Shown: positions 36,634 through 46,982 of the stretch, in pieces
Layout of the letters: every line of letters starts with the position of its first letter
Position numbering within the stretch: the stretch's first letter is position 1
Program-made: the position numbers and the translations under genes
Origin: a virus
Taxonomy: Duplodnaviria; Caudoviricetes
DNA length: 47,809 nt
Strand: one strand, 5' to 3'
Virus record (IMG/VR): IMGVR_UViG_3300033076_000767
Location: 1 to 47,809 of that record
Notes under the pieces: model-generated
Database searches by the model: none
The model's input: only the letters and a program-made list of their open reading frames with translations
Told to the model about the DNA's origin: nothing

Positions 36634-37830
36634 TCAAGGAGTGCGTGGAACCCACATGGGGCTACCGAAATCGTCATAAGACCAGAATCCGTCAGCGGCA
36701 TCTTCTTGCTCTTGATACGGTGGCGTGTTGATCTGCGAAGCCCCAGGTGACCAAATCGGGATGCCTGCGGCACTGTAAATAGTACCGTCGGATGCCGAGT
36801 AAGTACCATCTTCATTCGGCGTCATACCATACACGGGACTTGTCGGGACTTTAGACAGATCTTGATATCCACCATCACCTGCCGCAGTGTCGGTATTAGG
36901 CGACCCTTTAATGAGTCCAAGCACACCCGAGGAGGCGAGATTCGAAGTGGCAGATTCACCAAAGATGGTCTTGAGGATGTTGGACATCGCAGACGGTGAA
37001 CCGGCAGAACCCGAGGCGAACAGTGTACCCAGGCCCGCGATCTGCGACAGCGGCGAGTTCGCGTACGCACCCGGAATCGGTGCATTTGCCACCGAGGACA
37101 CCGTAGTGGGTACTTTCAGATTGGTGAAGATATTCGCCGCATTGGTGGCGGTGGTCAGCGGCGCGTTGATCAGTGCCTGAGCTTGCTTCTGCTGTGTAGC
37201 CCCGAGATCGGCCAGCGCCTGGGTTCCGGCGAGTCCGAGCTTTTGCTCGGTGGAAGCCAGCGTCCCTTGCGTTTGTGCGGCTTGGTTGAGTAGATTCGAT
37301 TGATCTTTCGCGGCGGCGAGGGCATCGGCATAACCTTTTTGCAGTGTTCCGGTCTGTGCGCCGAGCAAGTTACTCTGGATATCGGCCAGCGTCTGCCCCG
37401 TAGCACCCGCGTAGCGGCGAGAGCCCAGGCCACCAGTGCCGACGAATGCGGATTTCAAGGCGGGCAAAACGTTGCGCTGAGTGTTCAGACCCGACAGTCG
37501 TCCCATCTCGTCCACCACGCCGGAGGTGTACGGGTTCATGAATGTTTGGATGTTCTGCGGTGTAATCCCCTGGGCCGCCTGTCCAGCGGTCTGCTCCGCG
37601 CTCGCCAGTGTTGGTTGGTAGCTCGTCGCCGCGCTGGGAGCCCCCTGGAATGCCGCAGTCTGCAACGGCGAGAATCCGGCCACCATTTCGGTCGGCGTCT
37701 TGCCCATTGCGGTAGTCCCCGCCTGGGCCAGTCCCGACAGGTACTGATTGTACCAATCCGGTCCGGAAGTCGTATCGGTCTTGGTGGTAGTGATATTCGG
37801 GAGTGCCTCTCCCTGGAAAAGTCCAGCCAT
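36634..37830 (-). CDS. Internal virion (DNA transfer/pilot-like) protein
   Basis: 398 aa; Gln/Ala/Gly/Thr-rich; FMNPYT...GGLGS.R motifs. Confidence 0.6.
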   Translation of the reverse strand: MAGLFQGEALPNITTTKTDTTSGPDWYNQYLSGLAQAGTTAMGKTPTEMVAGFSPLQTAAFQGAPSAATSYQPTLASAEQTAGQAAQGITPQNIQTFMNPYTSGVVDEMGRLSGLNTQRNVLPALKSAFVGTGGLGSRRYAGATGQTLADIQSNLLGAQTGTLQKGYADALAAAKDQSNLLNQAAQTQGTLASTEQKLGLAGTQALADLGATQQKQAQALINAPLTTATNAANIFTNLKVPTTVSSVANAPIPGAYANSPLSQIAGLGTLFASGSAGSPSAMSNILKTIFGESATSNLASSGVLGLIKGSPNTDTAAGDGGYQDLSKVPTSPVYGMTPNEDGTYSASDGTIYSAAGIPIWSPGASQINTPPYQEQEDAADGFWSYDDFGSPMWVPRTP

Positions 37831-40529
37831 TACTTGATCTCCCTCAAATACGCCAACGGCGATTTAGCCTTCGGTGGAATCCCCTTGATCGAGGCCGAAC
37901 GCTTGTGTTTCCGAATTTGCTCGCGCCATTTATCCAAAATCTCGGCCCCTCGCTTGTTGGACCCATCCCCCAGTGCCGACACGATTTCGGCATCGAACAC
38001 ATACTCGCCATCCGCGAGTTTAGCATCAATGAGGTCATCTTGTCCACCCCCCGCACCTTGGACGTAGTGCGAGCCTTTGTGCTCCACATCCCCGCCTTTA
38101 GCGGCCATCAGGGGCGACGCCATCACATTGCCACCATTCTTGAATGTGCGAACCGGCGTTCCCGAAGTGCCCATGGCGTTGACCACGGAGGCGTAAGTCG
38201 GTTCCGTGCCGTAGGAATAGTACGTGGATTGTGGCTGTGGGTCCCAATAGTTCGCCTGGAGTTGCGATTGCTGTTCGGACAGCGACTGTAGGGGTGATGG
38301 TTGAATCATGTCGATTACCTCGGGCGTTCCGGCTTGAGAGGCTTCCAGTGGGTCGATGAAACGGACTTCGCGTCCCAGCCCGCCCATCCAAGACCCCGGA
38401 ATGTTTCCAAGGGTCGAAGAAGCGGCGGCTTGTTGAGTTGTCGAAGCCGTAGGTGCAATTGTAGCATCCCTTGGGCTTGGCGACACTTGCGCGGGGGATT
38501 TAAACTGGGTCGGCGCACTCGCGACCTGCTGAGTGGGCGAGATCACCGAGGCGCGGACAAAGGATGCGGGAACTCCGGCGAATTGCGCGGGAGTCTCCGA
38601 ATCCCCCATCGGCATGCCTTCCAACTCGCGTTCGGCGGCTCCAGCCACGGTGAATGGAGCTGTATTTGGGTCGAATTGCACCAACTGATCATCGGAGCCG
38701 TACAGGCCCTGGTACACACCATTCGCATTATAGGCGTGGTAAGATCCATCGGGATTCGGAATACGATATACCCCGTCCGCTCCTTGGTAGTCCCCGATCT
38801 GGTCAATCGTCAACTGCTTGGCACTGGCCAAGTCGGTGGGAAGTTCAGTGGCGAGGACCTTGACGTATGCGTTGCTCGCGGCGTCGTAGTACACACTCGG
38901 ATCATCCGCGCGAAGTGCTGTGTCCACTTCCTCGCGTGTGGCGAGTCGAGTGCCGGGAGGTGCTACCGCCGAGGAATCCGCGAAGTTCGCATCACCGACA
39001 TCGAGCTTGAACTCAGCCGGGGTTTGTGCGGGGGTCGCTTCGCGTCCGGTCTTGTAGCTCGCATAATCCGTGGCGAATTGCTGGGCGTCCGCGTCGCTTT
39101 TACCCTGACTGATCGCGAAGTTGTACCCAGTCTCGAAATTCTTGTAGTACTCCGGATCGCTCGACATCTTGGCGAGTTCGAACTGCGCGGCGGCACGGTT
39201 CACCTGCTCTTCCGGTGTCCACGTCGTGTCTTTCTTCAATTCGTCCGGCACTTCCAAACCACGATATTTCGCAAAAATCTTCGCGGCTTCGTCCGGCGTG
39301 GTTTCGAAAGGATCAACGGTCTCTTTTAGCTGTTTCTCGGCTTCCGTCTGGAACGCGACATTCTGCTGTTCAAGCGTCTTGGACGCATTGGTTGCATCTT
39401 CCGCTTTCGCGTTGTAATCGGTTTCGAGCTTGGCGTAATCGGTCTTCAACGAGTCGAGTGACTGCTTCAACGGCTCAATTACGTCTTTATGCTCATCGTA
39501 GTAGGTGTTGAGTGCCTTCGTGCTGTCGTTGAGCTTCGCCACCGCCGCGTTTACATTGGCGACTTGCGCATTGGCGGCACTGATATCGCCGTCATCCGAC
39601 AATTGCTTCCACTTGGCGTACTGCGCATTGTAATCGGCTTCCAGCGCGTCGCGATTGGCCGACATAGCACGAATGTCCTCGGTGGCCGCATTGAATTTTT
39701 CGACTGCCGCTTGCTGTTGCACGATATTGTCGCGCAGTGCGTTTTCGGACTGCTGAGCGGCGGCGTATTTCTCTCTCGCTTGGTTCGTGTATTCAGCGAG
39801 TTGCTTTCCGGCTTCCGATCCGATCAATTGCCCCGTGGTGCGCACCAACGCTTGCCCCAGTGCTTGTCCCACATCGCGACCTTGAACGGCGGCAGAGATG
39901 CCGTAGGTGATGCCGTTTTGCATCAACGCCACTGCTTGCTTATTCTTTGGATCACTGAAGAATTCGCGCGTCGAGTCATTTGAATTGATGAGCTGACCCA
40001 TCACATTGGCGCTCTGGAGTGCCGAAGACAGCACCGCAGTCTTCACATCACCACCGGTGATCGCGGCGGCAGTACCAGAAGCGATCGTATTCTTGGCGAA
40101 GTCCGGTAGTTCATTGAACGAGTCGAATTGACTGAGCATGAGTGGCACGCTCTGCGCCAATCCTACGAATGCGGCCTTACCGGCATCTTTCCCGAGCACT
40201 GCGGCGGTGGTGCTAGCTTTCGCCACATTGGCGGCGATTTTTCCGGCAATTACACTATCGGTAGCGGACGCGACTTCTGTGCCAACCACGTTGCCGATGT
40301 ATGCTCCCGCTCCGGACGCGAATCCACTGGTAACTGCCGACCGGAGGACATCGGTCGCCGATCCACCGCGAAGCGCGGTAACACCACCGGAAATCACTGC
40401 ACTGCCGACCGCCGTTGCGACAGCACTCGACACCACTGCCTCGGCGGCGATGGTGGAGATGACGTATGTACCTACAGTCTCTGCGACAAATGGGGCGGCG
40501 ATTGCGACGACGGCGGCGGCGGCTGGCAT
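37830..40529 (-). CDS. Large internal virion protein
   Basis: 899 aa; hydrophobic Ala/Gly N-terminus, coiled coil, C-terminal G.GGGQDD.I.A.LADGEYVF domain. Confidence 0.65.
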   Translation of the reverse strand: MPAAAAVVAIAAPFVAETVGTYVISTIAAEAVVSSAVATAVGSAVISGGVTALRGGSATDVLRSAVTSGFASGAGAYIGNVVGTEVASATDSVIAGKIAANVAKASTTAAVLGKDAGKAAFVGLAQSVPLMLSQFDSFNELPDFAKNTIASGTAAAITGGDVKTAVLSSALQSANVMGQLINSNDSTREFFSDPKNKQAVALMQNGITYGISAAVQGRDVGQALGQALVRTTGQLIGSEAGKQLAEYTNQAREKYAAAQQSENALRDNIVQQQAAVEKFNAATEDIRAMSANRDALEADYNAQYAKWKQLSDDGDISAANAQVANVNAAVAKLNDSTKALNTYYDEHKDVIEPLKQSLDSLKTDYAKLETDYNAKAEDATNASKTLEQQNVAFQTEAEKQLKETVDPFETTPDEAAKIFAKYRGLEVPDELKKDTTWTPEEQVNRAAAQFELAKMSSDPEYYKNFETGYNFAISQGKSDADAQQFATDYASYKTGREATPAQTPAEFKLDVGDANFADSSAVAPPGTRLATREEVDTALRADDPSVYYDAASNAYVKVLATELPTDLASAKQLTIDQIGDYQGADGVYRIPNPDGSYHAYNANGVYQGLYGSDDQLVQFDPNTAPFTVAGAAERELEGMPMGDSETPAQFAGVPASFVRASVISPTQQVASAPTQFKSPAQVSPSPRDATIAPTASTTQQAAASSTLGNIPGSWMGGLGREVRFIDPLEASQAGTPEVIDMIQPSPLQSLSEQQSQLQANYWDPQPQSTYYSYGTEPTYASVVNAMGTSGTPVRTFKNGGNVMASPLMAAKGGDVEHKGSHYVQGAGGGQDDLIDAKLADGEYVFDAEIVSALGDGSNKRGAEILDKWREQIRKHKRSASIKGIPPKAKSPLAYLREIK

Positions 40530-40530
40530 G

Positions 40531-40944
40531 TCAGAACTCGATGTAGTAAGCGGTTGTGGGTTCGTCGCTTCCGGGCACTGCGATCTCCTTCGTCTTGAAT
40601 GGCAGTCGGGTGCGCTTGGCGATCACCTGGAATTTCGGATCATTGCTGTAGGTGTAGGCTACTCGAACGCCGATTTTCGACAAGTATTGAGTCAGCTGGA
40701 CGAAGCTACGAGCTAGTGCTACACTGTCGGAATCCGCAGTCATCGTGTGCACCTCGACCAGCCCTTTACCTTTGACGAGCACCAAGAACACACAGTTGCC
40801 GATGTGCACCAGTTTCGCGCCATCTTCTTGCAACAGCTGATTGAGTTGCCCCATCATCTGCTGTGCTTGCTCTTCGCTCTCCGATTCGGAGCGGAAGTAC
40901 GACATCACGATTTCGTTGACTTCTTGCAGTTCGGTTTCATCCAT
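40531..40944 (-). CDS. Hypothetical protein (possible degenerate GNAT fold)
   Basis: 137 aa alpha/beta; lies between tail and ejection genes. Confidence 0.55.
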   Translation of the reverse strand: MDETELQEVNEIVMSYFRSESESEEQAQQMMGQLNQLLQEDGAKLVHIGNCVFLVLVKGKGLVEVHTMTADSDSVALARSFVQLTQYLSKIGVRVAYTYSNDPKFQVIAKRTRLPFKTKEIAVPGSDEPTTAYYIEF

Positions 40945-40945
40945 A

Positions 40946-41203
40946 TCAAGTCCTCGGTGCGGGGTTCACCGCGTTGACGACAGCAACTGCCCAATCCATC
41001 CAATTCTCGTAGGTGTAGGGACTCGGAATCGCCTCGTTGGCGAATACATCGATACCTTTGATCCCTACCGCCCAATTCTTCCATTGAGCCTCATTCGACG
41101 GGATTTCCAGGTTCTGCGCCGCGTAGAGTTCGCACATTAAACTCGCCCAGGACATGAAGTCGTGGTAGCGCGGATCGTAGATCAGTGCGACATTAGCTAC
41201 CAC
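40946..41203 (-). CDS. Small tail-module protein
   Basis: GTG start at 41203 with GAGGA RBS; YDPR...W..LMCE...P.PY.YENW.DWA. Confidence 0.6.
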   Translation of the reverse strand: MVANVALIYDPRYHDFMSWASLMCELYAAQNLEIPSNEAQWKNWAVGIKGIDVFANEAIPSPYTYENWMDWAVAVVNAVNPAPRT

Positions 41204-43193
41204 TGCTGTATCCTCGCACGTCACCCATATCGGCGCTGATGATAACACGACCGACTTGGTAGTCACCACCGGTCACATTCGATCTGAATTTCAGACGCGC
41301 TTCGCGCCGTTGCTCTCGCATGTCGATCTTGCCGGTGTTGGGATCGAACACATAAGCGTCCGACACCTTCGATTCCTCGTCGGCGTAGGGTGGTCCGACC
41401 ACATAACACTCCATCTCACCTTCTTGAAGAAAATCCGGCTCTACACGTTCAATCCGAAGCCATCGATTTTCGCCCATCATCGCGGGTTGCGATGGACCAC
41501 CCGAGACCCACCCTAGATCGTTGGTCTCAAAGTAGGACTCGATCGCATTCGCCGATCCTCCTTGCACTGCATCGACGCCGATTTCGTGCTGATAGAGCGA
41601 GACATTCGATACCACCACGCTAATCGTGTAAATAAATCCCGATCCCGCCGGAATTGAAGCCGACAATTGATCGCCGACCTCGTACCCAACCCCGGGGTCT
41701 TGGATGGTGACCGTCGTTACAATACCGCCCGCCACGACGACTGTAGCAGTGGCCCCAGATCCCGAACCGCCAGTCAATGCGATGTAATTGTAAGTCCCAT
41801 TGGTGTACAGTGTTCCAGCAGTGGTGATCGCGCCTTCGAAAATAACCCCGGTCGTGTTTTCTTGCCAGTCAGCGGAAACCGGATAATGAAACACCTGCGA
41901 GAAATAACCAGCTGAACGTCGAGCGCCCTCGGCAGATCCGGCGTCATACCAGATGCCCTCGCGCACATTATAGATGATCGCATCGGTGCACTCGGTGGCG
42001 TCGCCGCGAGGATAATACCACCAAATCTCGCCGAATCGAGTAACTTTGCTCGCCCACACTTTCTGGCGCTGTGCATAGTTTAAGTTATCGAAGAACCAGT
42101 TCTGGTTCATGTCGTTCGGTATCTCTTTCACTACGCCGTTGTAGAGCATGAATCGATCAACACCGACCCAATAAAAGATGCCATCGTATTCGATAACGCT
42201 TTGGCTCGACAGAATCGAGGATTGAGAGGTCACGATATCGTAGCGCCAATATTGAGTCACAGACGTGCCCGCCACCGTGATATTGGTAGGCGCGTAACTC
42301 ACTCGAATGAGTGAATCGAGCGACCAGAAGAGTCCGGATGGGGCGTTGGAACCGCCACGAACTGGGAGTCCTTGCACCACTTTGCCCGTCGCCACGTTGG
42401 TCTCGTTCGCGTCGGCGCTCACCCAGTCGGTTGGATCACCGGCGGCGCTATTCCTGATTAGCCCATTGTTACCATAGACGAAAACGTAGGGGTGAAGCGC
42501 GACGACACCACCCGAAACATCGATCTCGTTATCGACCGTCAGGGTAGACGCCCCGGTGATAGTGGCGGCGTTCGTGATTTCGAACGCGGTGGTCGAGGTC
42601 ACCGATGCCACTCGGGTGTTCGCTGGAATACCAGTTCCAGTAATCAACTGCCCAGCGCCAATTTTTGCAGTGCTGGCAACGGTAACCGTGGTACTGGAAG
42701 CCAAAGTCGCCGCGATTGTAAACACCCCGATCTTGCTGAGACTCGTTCCGTTAATATCGCCGTACAGCACCGGAGTGTTGACTGTAGAATCGATCTGACT
42801 CAGATCTTGTCCCGGATGCGCCAGGAGCACCTGCTCACCACCAGTCACGTCGTACAGCGCGTCGAACTGCCACAGGTTTTCGGCACTCGGCGTAAAATTC
42901 GAGAGCGTCAAGTTGACGACGCCAGCGCCGATCCCGATATCGTTGATCGCCACGCGTTGCACACCATTCGAATGTCCATTGAACACATTGGTAAATGCAT
43001 CCTGTGGATTTACGAAAATTCCGCGCGATGGACCAATCAAAGTGTCCACGATCTCTCGAAAGCCCCAGATTTTACGCGGACGGCCACGCTGAAACCGCAC
43101 CCAGCGGCCATCGTTGTAATACGTTTTGTCGAAATCCGTACCGTCCCTCTGAATCCCGGATTTGGTGTCGAGCGCGAAGACCTTTTTGGTCAT
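41193..43193 (-). CDS. Tail hub/stabilisation protein (P22 gp10-like)
   Basis: 666 aa beta-rich; GRWVRFQRGRPRKI, FYWVGVDRF, FGEIWWYYP motifs. Confidence 0.7.
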   Translation of the reverse strand: MTKKVFALDTKSGIQRDGTDFDKTYYNDGRWVRFQRGRPRKIWGFREIVDTLIGPSRGIFVNPQDAFTNVFNGHSNGVQRVAINDIGIGAGVVNLTLSNFTPSAENLWQFDALYDVTGGEQVLLAHPGQDLSQIDSTVNTPVLYGDINGTSLSKIGVFTIAATLASSTTVTVASTAKIGAGQLITGTGIPANTRVASVTSTTAFEITNAATITGASTLTVDNEIDVSGGVVALHPYVFVYGNNGLIRNSAAGDPTDWVSADANETNVATGKVVQGLPVRGGSNAPSGLFWSLDSLIRVSYAPTNITVAGTSVTQYWRYDIVTSQSSILSSQSVIEYDGIFYWVGVDRFMLYNGVVKEIPNDMNQNWFFDNLNYAQRQKVWASKVTRFGEIWWYYPRGDATECTDAIIYNVREGIWYDAGSAEGARRSAGYFSQVFHYPVSADWQENTTGVIFEGAITTAGTLYTNGTYNYIALTGGSGSGATATVVVAGGIVTTVTIQDPGVGYEVGDQLSASIPAGSGFIYTISVVVSNVSLYQHEIGVDAVQGGSANAIESYFETNDLGWVSGGPSQPAMMGENRWLRIERVEPDFLQEGEMECYVVGPPYADEESKVSDAYVFDPNTGKIDMREQRREARLKFRSNVTGGDYQVGRVIISADMGDVRGYSSGS

Positions 43194-44431
43194 GTGAACA
43201 CGCCTCCGGAGATTCCGGTGGTGAAATTGCCAGACCCAGTAACGCTGATACCGGACCCGTTGATCGCAAGGATTAGACTACCGAGAATTGAGATGCCGAA
43301 TTGACCAGCGCCTGGACGGTAGATACCGGTGCTGGGTTCGGAGCTGAAGTTAATGGCGGGGGAAGCGGCTGTACCATTGACGATGCTGAGCGAGGTCGCA
43401 CCGGCTTGTGTGGTGTTGGCGTTGTAGAAATTCGTGCCATCGCACACGAGTGTGGCTTGCTGTCCGGCGGCAATCACCGCGTTCGCACCACCGGAGACCC
43501 CAGTAGTCAAAGTAAGCGAATAGCCCCCTGCGGTCGTCTGGTTACTCACCACGTACAGATTCACCACCGGGGGGTAGGTGACAGTGACGTTGCCAGTCAG
43601 AGTCCCGGTGTACTGCTGAATGGTGTTGGATGCCTCGTTCGCGGTAAGCGTGTAGGAGCCACTGGTGACTGGCTTGACCAGCGCGGTAAATGCAAAGGTG
43701 TTGCTTACACCATAGCCGACCGTCATGTACTGGGAACCATCGCAGATGATGAATGCGGACTCGTTTGGTTGAAAGATCTTACTCGCCGAACCGTCGATCG
43801 TTTCGAGTCCCGTGGTGCTCACGGTCATCGTGCCAGTGCCGTTGTTCTTGAGCAGGATAAACCAACTATCGCCGAGAGTTGGTGCTGACGGAAGCGTCGA
43901 AGTACCAACGCCCGCCGACCAGATTTTGGCTAGCGCTCGATCGGTACTTGTAAATGTGTATCCAGTGACGAATGAACTTGTCGGGTGGCTCTGGTTCAAT
44001 GTCGCACCACTCGCCAGGAGGCCAGCGCCAGCGAGCACCGAGGCATCGACTGCGGACGTACCAACACCGAATGCGACGATACCCCAAGTACCAGCGGTTG
44101 TGGAATTGGTGGTGACATAGATGTACTTGGCTTCACCCGCCGCAATTGTGACGATCGTGTTGCCGTCGTAGTCTTTGACCGTGAACGTATTCGCACCGAC
44201 GTTGCGAAACAATGCATCCGTACCAACGGAAGTCTGGTTCGCGGGCGGCATGAGGATCGACAGTCCGGCACTCGATGCTGTAACCTGCATGATCCGAGCC
44301 GCGTAGTTCGGCGTATCGTTCCCGTTGATTGGCCACTCAAGTGTCGTGTTCGCAGTGAGTGTGATTGCGCGGTAGGCGACATCAGTCGGCTGAATGACGT
44401 TGCCAGTGAATGGGCTATTGAAGCTAGTCAT
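43190..44431 (-). CDS. Tail structural/fibre-like protein
   Basis: 413 aa; Thr/Gly/Ser-rich repeated beta modules. Confidence 0.6.
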   Translation of the reverse strand: MTSFNSPFTGNVIQPTDVAYRAITLTANTTLEWPINGNDTPNYAARIMQVTASSAGLSILMPPANQTSVGTDALFRNVGANTFTVKDYDGNTIVTIAAGEAKYIYVTTNSTTAGTWGIVAFGVGTSAVDASVLAGAGLLASGATLNQSHPTSSFVTGYTFTSTDRALAKIWSAGVGTSTLPSAPTLGDSWFILLKNNGTGTMTVSTTGLETIDGSASKIFQPNESAFIICDGSQYMTVGYGVSNTFAFTALVKPVTSGSYTLTANEASNTIQQYTGTLTGNVTVTYPPVVNLYVVSNQTTAGGYSLTLTTGVSGGANAVIAAGQQATLVCDGTNFYNANTTQAGATSLSIVNGTAASPAINFSSEPSTGIYRPGAGQFGISILGSLILAINGSGISVTGSGNFTTGISGGVFT

Positions 44432-45063
44432 GAATCCAACACCGTCGCCTGACGGTCTCCAATGCGTGTGAGGTCTTCGGTCTTCAAGATCGAAACGATG
44501 CTGTCGTATTCGGACTTGAACACTGCGATTCGCTCGTCGTTTTTAAGAAATGGCATCGCTTGCAGGAGCGAGCCGTAGAGCATGGCTTGCGGTGCGTACT
44601 GCGTGAACCAGTTGGATTGGTTCGCACTCGACAGCGGGGCAAGGCGCTCGTAATAGAGAACCTCGCAGGCGTAGTCGTCATCGGGCGTTGCGGCCACAAG
44701 CCAGTGCGTGTAGTCATAGTCGCAGTAGAATCGCGGCACACCAGTGGCGGTAGGGTCGGGCCAATATTCACGCAGGTACTCGTACTTGCGGAGCAGGACG
44801 GGCTGGCGTTCGCCAGCGACCGTAACATTCATTGACACCGTTTTGCGCCACCGAGCCGGTTTATCGATGGTAGCTTGATTCGCCACCATGTTGAACGTGG
44901 CGACGGTCAGATTGCCGAGGAATTTGATATCCGCCGCGAGCTTTTGCTCGCAGAGCATGATGAACGTCGGGATCTTTTGCAGAGTCGCCGTGTCAGTGCG
45001 TTCGAGATATGAGGCAATATCCGTGCTGAGGCTGTCGTAGGTCATTACTGCGGCGGCAGTCAT
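44428..45063 (-). CDS. Head-tail adaptor protein
   Basis: 211 aa; IPTFIMLCEQ, G.PRFY, NW..Q.AP...LYGSLLQA.PFLKNDER. Confidence 0.7.
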   Translation of the reverse strand: MTAAAVMTYDSLSTDIASYLERTDTATLQKIPTFIMLCEQKLAADIKFLGNLTVATFNMVANQATIDKPARWRKTVSMNVTVAGERQPVLLRKYEYLREYWPDPTATGVPRFYCDYDYTHWLVAATPDDDYACEVLYYERLAPLSSANQSNWFTQYAPQAMLYGSLLQAMPFLKNDERIAVFKSEYDSIVSILKTEDLTRIGDRQATVLDS

Positions 45064-45118
45064 GGATGTCCCCCGGCGTGAAGAGATGAGTGAATTTTAA
45101 CACGCATATATTTCGCAG

Positions 45119-45571
45119 TCAAGCGCCATGGTACTCGGCCTCCGTCAGGATTCCGGGCTTGTATTTGCCCTCTGGCTTGAAGATGGTCAGTTCCTGCTGG
45201 CGCATTTCAGGGGCGAAGGAGATATGCATCCAGCGACCATACTCGTGGATCATCTGGTCGAATCGTACACCAGCGCCGCGCACCATCTGGCACAATTCGT
45301 AGGGTGTGTGGGCAGAGGATGAGCAGTCAATCGCCCAGCCGTCCATGTGGGAGGACGCCCTGGCCCCGCCAACGGCCACATTGACCTCAGGTAGACGAAG
45401 CCAGGAATTGACCCGCAAAGGCCCGGAAATGGACCTAACGGCCTCCAACTGGGCGGCGGCACTCACCATGTTGGCCAACTGCTGGGCGTTTGGCTGGTTG
45501 TTGATTCCCAGGCGGATGGCCGTCTCGCTGTAGGTGGCCTCCTCCAAGGTGAAATGGGGGCTGAGGTTCAT
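45119..45571 (-). CDS. Endolysin, peptidase M15A family
   Basis: LSPHFTLEE, NSWLR...N.AVGG...SSHMDGWAID, DQMIHE...WMHIS. Confidence 0.88.
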   Translation of the reverse strand: MNLSPHFTLEEATYSETAIRLGINNQPNAQQLANMVSAAAQLEAVRSISGPLRVNSWLRLPEVNVAVGGARASSHMDGWAIDCSSSAHTPYELCQMVRGAGVRFDQMIHEYGRWMHISFAPEMRQQELTIFKPEGKYKPGILTEAEYHGA

Positions 45572-46065
45572 TTGATGGGCTGGGCCTTGGAGAGTAGGTC
45601 AGTCTTGGCCTGGGAGCCAGCACTCGAACCGAAATAGTAGGCAATGATGCCCGTCCAGGCCGTGCCCAAGGACCCCAGCATCATCATTAGGGCGGGATTG
45701 CTGGAATCCACCTTCCCGGTCAACATCATGCCCAGGATGCCGAAAAAGCCGACGGTGACGATTGCGGCAAGAATTGGGGGCACGACAGACCGGGTGGCGG
45801 CTTGCATGTCGCGGGCCGATTTGCGGTCGTCCACGGCCAGCTTCTCAAAATTCAGACCCAATTCCTGGGCCTGTTTCTGGAGTTCGATCTCGGCAACCTT
45901 GAGTTGGGCGATTTGCTCGGCACTGAGCTTGTTGCTGGAGATCATGTCCTCAACCTTGTCGGGATCAACCCCGATGGCCTTGGAGATAGCAGTGACAGCC
46001 ATCCCAGCCAGCGGGCCACCAAAGGCCGTGGCGATGGTCGGTGCGATCTGTTTGAGCCAATCCAT
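45568..46065 (-). CDS. Holin-like membrane protein
   Basis: DRKSAR motif, two C-terminal TM helices, YYFGSS; ATGA overlap with the endolysin. Confidence 0.75.
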   Translation of the reverse strand: MDWLKQIAPTIATAFGGPLAGMAVTAISKAIGVDPDKVEDMISSNKLSAEQIAQLKVAEIELQKQAQELGLNFEKLAVDDRKSARDMQAATRSVVPPILAAIVTVGFFGILGMMLTGKVDSSNPALMMMLGSLGTAWTGIIAYYFGSSAGSQAKTDLLSKAQPIK

Positions 46066-46232
46066 TATTCCTTCTCCTTTTCCTCAAGCCGCTTGATGAT
46101 TCTTTCGACCTTCTGAGCTTCCAGCCGGGTTTCCTGCCGGGCTTTCAATGTGTCAATATAGACCATGAACATGAGCGGCAGGAACACCAAAAAGGCGACG
46201 ACGATTGAAATCACAGCGATCAAAAACCCCAC
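46065..46232 (-). CDS. Small membrane protein with coiled tail
   Basis: GTG start at 46232 after GGAGAGG; 55 aa; N-terminal TM helix. Confidence 0.55.
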   Translation of the reverse strand: MGFLIAVISIVVAFLVFLPLMFMVYIDTLKARQETRLEAQKVERIIKRLEEKEKE

Positions 46233-46774
46233 CTGATTTTCCTCTCCAGACTGATCAGGTACAGCAGGACGTACAGGTATCCCACGACCAGAACCGCCGC
46301 CACGACCGTTAGAACCTTGTCCTCCAGGTCGAGAAACAGTTTTTTGCGTTGCCATTCAGCCTGCGCCTTTTCTCGATTTTCCTGCTCTTTTGCAATTTGT
46401 TGCTCCAGCTTGATCTGCTCACGCATCTTCTGAAAGTCAGTCCAAATTGCACCAAGCTCTGGCGGGCTTTGGTAGATCAGAAGATTTTTCAATTCAGCCT
46501 CCATTTGGACAAGCCGCCGTTGCGCAAGGACTCGGTCCAGCGCTTGCTGGTTGAGAGATTCAGAATTCGCTTTGACAACCCGCTTTTTTTGCTCCTCAAC
46601 TTGCTGATGCACCTTTTCGTGGGCGTTGAAAAAAGAGGATAGATGCTTACCAATGTCAGTGGCAACATCATGGACCTCTTTTCCAACGGCCTTGTACTCT
46701 TTGTAGAGAGCGCACCCCTTCTTGATCGCACCGACCGCAGAGTTCGCAAGAGCGAGGAGGGTAAGTGGGTCCAC
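46220..46774 (-). CDS. Coiled-coil membrane protein
   Basis: GTG start, (M)DPLTLLALAN...; C-terminal TM helix. Confidence 0.6.
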   Translation of the reverse strand: MDPLTLLALANSAVGAIKKGCALYKEYKAVGKEVHDVATDIGKHLSSFFNAHEKVHQQVEEQKKRVVKANSESLNQQALDRVLAQRRLVQMEAELKNLLIYQSPPELGAIWTDFQKMREQIKLEQQIAKEQENREKAQAEWQRKKLFLDLEDKVLTVVAAVLVVGYLYVLLYLISLERKIRWGF

Positions 46775-46778
46775 ATTT

Positions 46779-46979
46779 TTAGATGCCGAATAGCTTGTGG
46801 ACGAATTGAGCCGCCGCGCCGGGGCCAAGAAGAATGAAGACGATGATGACGTAGAGCATATACTCGATGCGTGTCATCTTGCGCTCGCCCTTTTCCAAGC
46901 GCTCCTCAATGTGCTTGTAGCGCAGAGCGGACGTTTCCTCGTGAATCGCCAGCTTGGCCTCGACGGACAGATCAGTCAC
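46779..46979 (-). CDS. Small coiled-coil/TM protein
   Basis: HEE...RY..IEERL..G followed by a TM helix; 66 aa. Confidence 0.6.
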   Translation of the reverse strand: MTDLSVEAKLAIHEETSALRYKHIEERLEKGERKMTRIEYMLYVIIVFILLGPGAAAQFVHKLFGI

Positions 46980-46982
46980 GAT

